From the NCBI GenBank assembly GCA_048885925.1, contig JBHLLG010000079.1, positions 1 through 12,806 on the forward strand: 12,806 bases of DNA, in the 5' to 3' direction. The DNA is from Candidatus Hermodarchaeota archaeon. GTDB taxonomy: Archaea; Asgardarchaeota; Lokiarchaeia; Sigyniarchaeales; SOKP01. The stretch's first letter is position 1. Every line of letters starts with the position of its first letter. Below, piece by piece: positions 7,459 through 12,806 of the stretch. Below the pieces are notes generated by a model. That model worked only from the letters and a program-made list of their open reading frames with translations. It was not told the origin of the DNA and searched no databases. Made by a program: the position numbers and the translations under genes.

Positions 7459-8211
7459 TTAATCATTTTTTAATAATGTTAGAATATCATCATAAGAACC
7501 AAGTAGTTCCTTAACATTTTGATTTCTTAATCCTTCTTTAGGTTCGCCGTTAAAAATAATTTTACCATCATCCAAAAATAACATAGTTTCAGCCCAGTGT
7601 TCAACGAAAAACAAATTATGGGATGTGAAAAATATCGTAATATTCATTTCTTTCCTTAATTTCTCCAAAATTTTAAGATGATTATAAATCGATTTAAAAT
7701 CAAGATTGGCAAAAGGTTCATCTAAAATAAGTAATTTGGGCTTCATTACTAACAATCCTGCTAATGCAGCTCTTTTTTTTTGCCCCCAAGAAAGATTAAA
7801 AGGGGAATAATGTTTAAATTCAAATAAATCTACCGCTTCTAAGGCCCATTTAACTCTATATTTAACTTCTTCTTCATCTAATTTCAAATTCCTTGCTCCA
7901 AAACCGACATCCTCTTCGATTGTTGGAGCAAATAATTGATCATCAGGATTTTGGAATAAAAAGCCAATTGATTTTCTAAGTTCCCATAATGATTGTTTAT
8001 CTCTTGTAAGAGTTTTATTGAAAATCTTAATTAACCCTGAGCTCGGTTTTAATAAACCTACTATCAATCTCAATAAGGTTGTTTTACCTGATCCATTATT
8101 TCCAGTTAATCCACAAATGACTTTTTCTTCTAATTTAAAAGATAAATCATGTATATTAAAACCTGAATTATAACTAAAGTTTAGATTTTCTACTTCTACT
8201 GCAAAATTAAT
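7459..8211 (-). CDS. cbiO: ECF transporter ATPase (CbiO/NikO), ~250 aa, predicted ATT start
   Basis: FLFQNPDDQLFAPTIEEDVGFG, LSWGQKKRAALAG, LILDEPFANLD and SHN. The frame continues upstream of the track start (8073) through Walker A GLTGNNGSGKTT to (I)NFAVEVENLNFSY. No ATG/GTG/TTG occurs upstream of 8073 before the in-frame stop at 8316-8314. ATT at 8211-8209 follows AAGGTG (8224-8219) by 7 nt. Confidence 0.88.
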   Translation of the reverse strand: MNFAVEVENLNFSYNSGFNIHDLSFKLEEKVICGLTGNNGSGKTTLLRLIVGLLKPSSGLIKIFNKTLTRDKQSLWELRKSIGFLFQNPDDQLFAPTIEEDVGFGARNLKLDEEEVKYRVKWALEAVDLFEFKHYSPFNLSWGQKKRAALAGLLVMKPKLLILDEPFANLDFKSIYNHLKILEKLRKEMNITIFFTSHNLFFVEHWAETMLFLDDGKIIFNGEPKEGLRNQNVKELLGSYDDILTLLKND

Positions 8212-8999
8212 GAAAATACACCTTGATAAATTAATTCTAAGTCTATAACAAAAATAAAAATGATCACCATTAAAGAGAACAAAATTATTAATCCCAAATC
8301 TGTCAATTTTAATTTATTTTGAACAAATGTTATTTTACCAGAAAAACCTCTCATTTTTAAGCTTTCATATAGTCTTTCACTTCTTTCCATATTCATTATT
8401 ATGCTTTTACCCATAATATAAGCATGAGTTTTTAATTTTTGCCAATATGAAGTGATTTTTTTACCTCTCATCTCCTGAGCATCTAATATCTTTTTATTAG
8501 ACATTGCCAGAATTGGAATATAATGTATCATTATTATTAATGATCCTACTAAAACTGAGGGTAATCTTAATTTAGTTAGAGCGTCTATAAATTCGGAATA
8601 AGTTAAAGTGGAAAAAAATGACATAAAAATGAAAAGAGCTGCAATGACTCTAAAAAAAATAAGGGAAGCTAGATATAGTCCTTCTTTATAAATTATAATT
8701 CTAAACCCAAGATTTAATATGTAAAACTTAGTATCCCCGACGTAAAATGGAATGAATACAGTTATAAGAAAAACTAATGGTATAATTACTTTTAATCTTG
8801 AGAGTATTTTTATAATACTTAATCGAAGTATTAAATTAATTATAAGAGTAACTAACAAAATTGTGAATAAAAGATAAAAATCTTCTAATAATAGAACAGG
8901 TATAACAAAAATAAATGGTAAAATTAGGCGAATAAGGGGATGAACTCTCATTAAATAACGTTTTTCGCTTTCAAGCCGAAAAGGTAGTATTATTTTCAA
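8196..8999 (-). CDS. cbiQ: ECF transporter transmembrane T component (CbiQ/NikQ)
   Basis: Hydrophobic 267 aa with HPLIRL, LRLPSVL...YIPIL, AQEMRG and ERSERLYESLKMRGFSG (the two X-R-X coupling motifs). TTG start after AAGTGA. Confidence 0.9.
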   Translation of the reverse strand: MKIILPFRLESEKRYLMRVHPLIRLILPFIFVIPVLLLEDFYLLFTILLVTLIINLILRLSIIKILSRLKVIIPLVFLITVFIPFYVGDTKFYILNLGFRIIIYKEGLYLASLIFFRVIAALFIFMSFFSTLTYSEFIDALTKLRLPSVLVGSLIIMIHYIPILAMSNKKILDAQEMRGKKITSYWQKLKTHAYIMGKSIIMNMERSERLYESLKMRGFSGKITFVQNKLKLTDLGLIILFSLMVIIFIFVIDLELIYQGVFSLILQ

Positions 9000-9042
9000 A
9001 ATTTAAATCACTTAAAGAGATTAATAGCAACTTTTTTATTAA

Positions 9043-9107
9043 TTCATACTAATTTTTAAAAAAGTAATACTTAAAACCTTTCATACTTTGTTGTATTATA
9101 GTAATAT
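9043..9107. promoter_or_regulatory. Two tandem 28-bp NikR-like operators in the divergent cbiQO / cbiM promoter region
   Basis: TTCATAC-N14-GTAATAC (9043-9070) and TTCATAC-N14-GTAATAT (9080-9107), 37 bp apart. This is the same 7-14-7 geometry as the E. coli NikR operator GTATGAC-N14-GTCATAC. Confidence 0.6.
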
Positions 9108-9151
9108 TCTAACAATTTATTAAAAATAAAATTAACCCCTATTTTTTAAAA

Positions 9152-10147
9152 ATGCATATACCAGATGGATTATTGGATCCAATTACTATTATTGTTTCAT
9201 GGGTCATAATTGTAATTATTATGATTCTAGGATATTTTAAGATGGAAAAAGTTTTTGAGAAAGAAGATTCTGATAAATTAATTCCATATATTGGTGTTTT
9301 GGCAGCAGTTATATTTGCTTTTCAATTTGTAAATTATCCTGTTCCAGGGGGAACCTCTGGTCATTTCATTGGAGGCACTCTTATTGCAGTTATGTTAGGT
9401 CCTTGGGCATCAGTTATTATCCTTTTTCTAGTTTTAGTTGTACAAAGTTTATTTGGAGATGGAGGTATATTAGCTTTAGGAGCAAATACATTTAATATGG
9501 GAATAATAGGAGGGATTATTGGATTTTACATTGTTGTAATTATAGCAAAAATCTTAAACAAAACATCTATCAAAAAAGAGATGAAAATCACAATAGCTAC
9601 AGCAATTGGATCTTATATCTCTATTGTTTTAGCCTCTTTTATCTGTGGTATTGAAATAAGTATTGCTGGAGCAGTTCCATTGGGGATAGCAATTCCAGCT
9701 ATGGTTTATTGGCACGTTTTGATAGGTATTGGAGAAGCAATTATCTCTGGTTTAATTGTATTTTATATTTATAGAGTAAAACCAGATTTTATTACAACAG
9801 AGTCAATTATGGCTGAAAAAATATTAACTATTAATATTTCTAAGTATAAAAAACCGATACTTTCAATATTGGCAATTACAGGAATCTTGCTCGTAATGAT
9901 AGCAGTAGGATTTACAATTGGAATTTTATCGGAGGCTCCTGATGGATTAGAACGTGTATTGATTGATCAAAATGGTGAATCTTGGCTTGAAAGCTTAGTA
10001 TCTCCATGGGATCCAATATTTAGTTGGATAACAAGTGATTACGGAGCTGCAATTTTAGGTATCGTTATATCTTCTCTATTGATATGTTCAGCATTCTACT
10101 TAATAGTCCGTTATAAAAAAAAGAATTCAATAAATATTATAAAATAA
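9152..10147 (+). CDS. cbiM: ECF Ni/Co substrate-binding component CbiM/NikM fused to a PDGLE (NikN-like) domain
   Basis: Metal-binding N-terminus MHIPDG, plus GTSGHFIGG, QSLFGDGGILALGAN.FNMG and HVLIGIGEAIIS. The C-terminal two-TM segment contains SEAPDGLE. Confidence 0.9.
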   Translation: MHIPDGLLDPITIIVSWVIIVIIMILGYFKMEKVFEKEDSDKLIPYIGVLAAVIFAFQFVNYPVPGGTSGHFIGGTLIAVMLGPWASVIILFLVLVVQSLFGDGGILALGANTFNMGIIGGIIGFYIVVIIAKILNKTSIKKEMKITIATAIGSYISIVLASFICGIEISIAGAVPLGIAIPAMVYWHVLIGIGEAIISGLIVFYIYRVKPDFITTESIMAEKILTINISKYKKPILSILAITGILLVMIAVGFTIGILSEAPDGLERVLIDQNGESWLESLVSPWDPIFSWITSDYGAAILGIVISSLLICSAFYLIVRYKKKNSINIIK

Positions 10148-10161
10148 AAAAAGTTGGGTAA

Positions 10162-10177
10162 TTTTTTTAAAAAAAAA
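10162..10177. terminator. Probable bidirectional oligo(T)/oligo(A) terminator between convergent genes
   Basis: T7 (10162-10168) is immediately followed by A9 (10169-10177), between the cbiM stop (10147) and the permease stop (10189). Archaeal intrinsic termination uses U tracts. Confidence 0.45.
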
Positions 10178-10188
10178 TAAGTAAAGAC

Positions 10189-10929
10189 TTATTTATTTCC
10201 AAATTTTTTGAATATCTGAATACCAATTATTACAATTACTATACTCACTATTGAAACAAATGCAATGTCAATCATAATATTTTTACTGAGTAATGAATCT
10301 CCATTAAATATTGATGTTAAAGCGTCTGTAACATAATAACTTGGAAGAAAGATTGCTAACATTCGCGTATTACTAGTTACTGGTATAAAAGTTCCTAGGA
10401 ACATTTGAGGTAATATAAAGAGAAAAGATAAGCCAGTTGCTACACCGGCACTTTTAGCGATCGTAGCCGTAATTAATCCAAGTCCAACAGAACTAAGAGA
10501 AAAAATTACCATAAGCAAAATTGCTAATAAAATACCTAGAATATCTGCCTGTGGTCTAAAGTCAAAGAATTGAGCTAAAATGAAAACAATGAGAACTTGC
10601 AGCATAGCTATTATCATATTTGAAAGAATTTGACTTAACATGAAATCAGACGCTTTCATAGGTGTAATACTTAATCTTCTTAATAATCCCTGTTCTCTTT
10701 CATCAGAAAAAGATTGTGCTACAATCATTATTATGAAAATACACGCGTAAGCAAATAATCCGGGCGCCATTGCACTAAATGACATTCCTAGTTCTGGATC
10801 ACTAAAGGTAAAACCAAAAATTATCGTGAGAACTGCTGGAAATAGAAACATTAAAAAAAGATAAGCCGGTTCTCTTATAATTTTTTTTAATTCCATCTTT
10901 AATAATGCAAAGAGTCGTTGGGTATTCAT
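10189..10929 (-). CDS. ABC-2 type exporter permease
   Basis: About six TM segments; ELKKIIREP, APGL, EREQGLLRRLSITP, PQMFLGTFIP and FLPSYYVTDAL. Confidence 0.9.
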   Translation of the reverse strand: MNTQRLFALLKMELKKIIREPAYLFLMFLFPAVLTIIFGFTFSDPELGMSFSAMAPGLFAYACIFIIMIVAQSFSDEREQGLLRRLSITPMKASDFMLSQILSNMIIAMLQVLIVFILAQFFDFRPQADILGILLAILLMVIFSLSSVGLGLITATIAKSAGVATGLSFLFILPQMFLGTFIPVTSNTRMLAIFLPSYYVTDALTSIFNGDSLLSKNIMIDIAFVSIVSIVIVIIGIQIFKKFGNK

Positions 10930-11745
10930 TTACATTCCCTCCATAATTCTTCTTCCTGTAATATTCATAAAGACACCTTCTAAATTATCTGATTCATATT
11001 TCTTCATTAATTCTTGTGGTGTACCAATATCTAGCAATTCACCATAGTCAATAATTGCGACTCTATCACATAGAGCTTCAGCTTCTTCAATATAGTGAGT
11101 TGTAAGTAACACTGTTTTTCGCTCATTTTTAAAATTACCAATAAAGTTCCATGTCTTTCTTCGTGCTCGTGGGTCCATCCCAACTGTTGGTTCGTCTAAG
11201 AAAATGATTTTGGGATTATTGATAATAGACATAATCAAATTTAATTGACTTAACATCCCTCCACTATAACCTTTCGTTTTATGTTTACTTGCATTTGAGA
11301 AATCTAACTCATTAATTAGTTCATCTGCTCTGCTTTTTATATTATCTTTCGGCATCGAATATAGGTTTCCAAAGAGTTCTATATTCTCTCTTCCCGTTAA
11401 AAATTTAAATACAGCATGCTCCTGGGGGCAAACGCCAATTAATTCTTTAACAGCTGCGCTATCATTTTGTATATCATATCCATAAATAGATGCTGTTCCA
11501 TCAGTTGGTTTAATTAATCCTATTAATATATTGATGGTTGTTGTTTTTCCTGCTCCATTTGGTCCTAATAGTCCAAAAATTTCTCCGGATTTAACACTGA
11601 AAGAAATATCATTTATAGCTTTAACAATTTCAAATTTTGTTTTAAAGTATTTCTTCAAATTACTTACTTCTATTGCATTTTCGTTATCTGGATTAAAAAT
11701 ATCTTCAGGACTCATAGATTCATATTTATTTGATTTAATTACCAT
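10930..11745 (-). CDS. ABC-2 type exporter ATP-binding protein (DrrA-like)
   Basis: Walker A GLLGPNGAGKTT, Q-loop VCPQE, signature YSGGM, Walker B IIFLDEPTVGMDP and H-loop TTHYIEEAEALCDR. AAGGTGA SD. It abuts the permease gene. Confidence 0.93.
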   Translation of the reverse strand: MVIKSNKYESMSPEDIFNPDNENAIEVSNLKKYFKTKFEIVKAINDISFSVKSGEIFGLLGPNGAGKTTTINILIGLIKPTDGTASIYGYDIQNDSAAVKELIGVCPQEHAVFKFLTGRENIELFGNLYSMPKDNIKSRADELINELDFSNASKHKTKGYSGGMLSQLNLIMSIINNPKIIFLDEPTVGMDPRARRKTWNFIGNFKNERKTVLLTTHYIEEAEALCDRVAIIDYGELLDIGTPQELMKKYESDNLEGVFMNITGRRIMEGM

Positions 11746-12093
11746 TTTTTAAGTCACCTTTATTTTAATTTATTATTGTAATTCATTAGATTTTATTGAA
11801 TTATTTATAGTCCAATATTTGATATAGAAACATTCAAGATGTTTTATAATATTAATGTAAATTGGGTAGTTCGAAGAAAATGAAAATCAATAGTCAATAA
11901 TGGGCAATCTTTCATCCACTTGGGTGATAAAAAGTAATAATATTATCTTAAAAAAAATCAAAAAACATAAAGAAATGCAGTTTAAAGAAATTTTATAACT
12001 ATTTATAAATATTACTTATAAATGAATTTTTTAAAATGGAGTCCATTCTATCTACTATATGGGTTAAAAGAGTGAATTTATAAAAATCGAAAC

Positions 12094-12804
12094 CTATTTA
12101 TTTTTTTGTTTGATCTCCTTGATTTTTGCTTCTAAAAAGGAGTCACGCCAAGTAGGGAAATTTTTTCCTTCAACTAATACAGTAACATCAACAGAATCAA
12201 ATTCTTTAGATCTAAGGAAAGTTTCAATTCCTTGAAGTTCTTTCATAACACTTATCCAAACACAAATTATTATCAGATCAGGGAGATTACTAAATGACCA
12301 AGAAAACAATATTTTTTGACCATATTGATTTTTTAATTCATCCATTACTTTTTTTTCATCTAAATTTATTCCCGGTTTTACTTTTAAAATAATAAATGAT
12401 AAAAATTCAGATGTTTTATCAGGATACCAATCAATTGTGAATAAAATGAGTTTTTTCTCTATCAATCTATCTAAATATCGCCTGATAGTTTTAGTGGAGC
12501 TTCCTATTTCATCTGCTATGTCTGCTATAGTTTTTCTTGAATTTTCCTTTAATGCATTTATAATTAAATAATCTAAATCTGAAAAGGAAATACTTATTAT
12601 ATCTTCATCTCCCATGGAAAATATTGATTTCTCGATACCTACTGTTAGTTCATTTATTTCACCTTTATCTCTTATAAACGAAATTAAATCATCTAATTGA
12701 TTTATATTTCGAATGTAAGAGTGTGTATAAAATAAATTGCTACTTGCTTGGGTGACGTTATATACACATTCATGAGAGCCAAGTATTTCAATTGTAGCTT
12801 TTGG
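12094..12804 (-). CDS. Tandem (duplicated) Lrp/AsnC-family transcriptional regulator, 5' partial
   Basis: wHTH LDYLIINALKENSRKTIADIADEIGSSTKTIRRYLDRL followed by a RAM-like domain. The frame stays open from 12615 to the window end and encodes a second RAM-like segment (HECVYNVTQASSNLFYTHSYIRNINQLDDLISFI), so the true start lies outside the window. Confidence 0.8.
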   Translation of the reverse strand, partial: PKATIEILGSHECVYNVTQASSNLFYTHSYIRNINQLDDLISFIRDKGEINELTVGIEKSIFSMGDEDIISISFSDLDYLIINALKENSRKTIADIADEIGSSTKTIRRYLDRLIEKKLILFTIDWYPDKTSEFLSFIILKVKPGINLDEKKVMDELKNQYGQKILFSWSFSNLPDLIIICVWISVMKELQGIETFLRSKEFDSVDVTVLVEGKNFPTWRDSFLEAKIKEIKQKNK

Positions 12805-12806
12805 GT

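Noticed and set aside
11240-11275. Degenerate residues after the ABC signature (YSGGMLSQL instead of SGGMKRRL)
   Set aside because: The core SGGM, Walker A/B and H-loop are intact, so this is not enough to claim altered function.
11531-11752. 73-aa plus-strand ORF
   Set aside because: Typical antisense reading of an ABC Walker A region (FPAPFGPNSPKISP).
1-12806. CRISPR arrays, tRNAs, rRNAs, transposases or integrases
   Set aside because: I saw no regularly spaced repeats, cloverleaf/T-loop signatures or mobile-element ORFs.

Overview
AT-rich archaeal chromosomal window, most likely from an Asgard archaeon of the Lokiarchaeia type. This is inferred from low GC, archaeal information genes, stand-alone Roadblock/LC7 and longin/uDENN proteins, and a tandem Lrp protein. 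Gene order: arcS-raSEA (archaeosine synthesis), gar1-tfb, a sulfite-oxidase-like molybdoenzyme, two Roadblock-type genes, a ~300-nt structured gap, a convergent longin/uDENN gene, a divergently arranged ECF Ni/Co transporter (NikMN-like versus QO), an ABC-2 exporter, and a partial tandem Lrp/AsnC regulator. Three observations stand out. (1) An unannotated ~305-nt minus-strand RNA candidate (6536-6840) has its own TATA box, a closed multi-K-turn box C/D-like domain, an ANANNA hinge and a K-turn hairpin ending in ACA. (2) Two conserved genes (tfb and the ECF ATPase) can only make their full proteins by starting at ATT (AUU), each just behind an AAGGTG Shine-Dalgarno. (3) Tandem NikR-like operators lie in the divergent transporter promoter. 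All structures were folded by eye, and no database search was possible.
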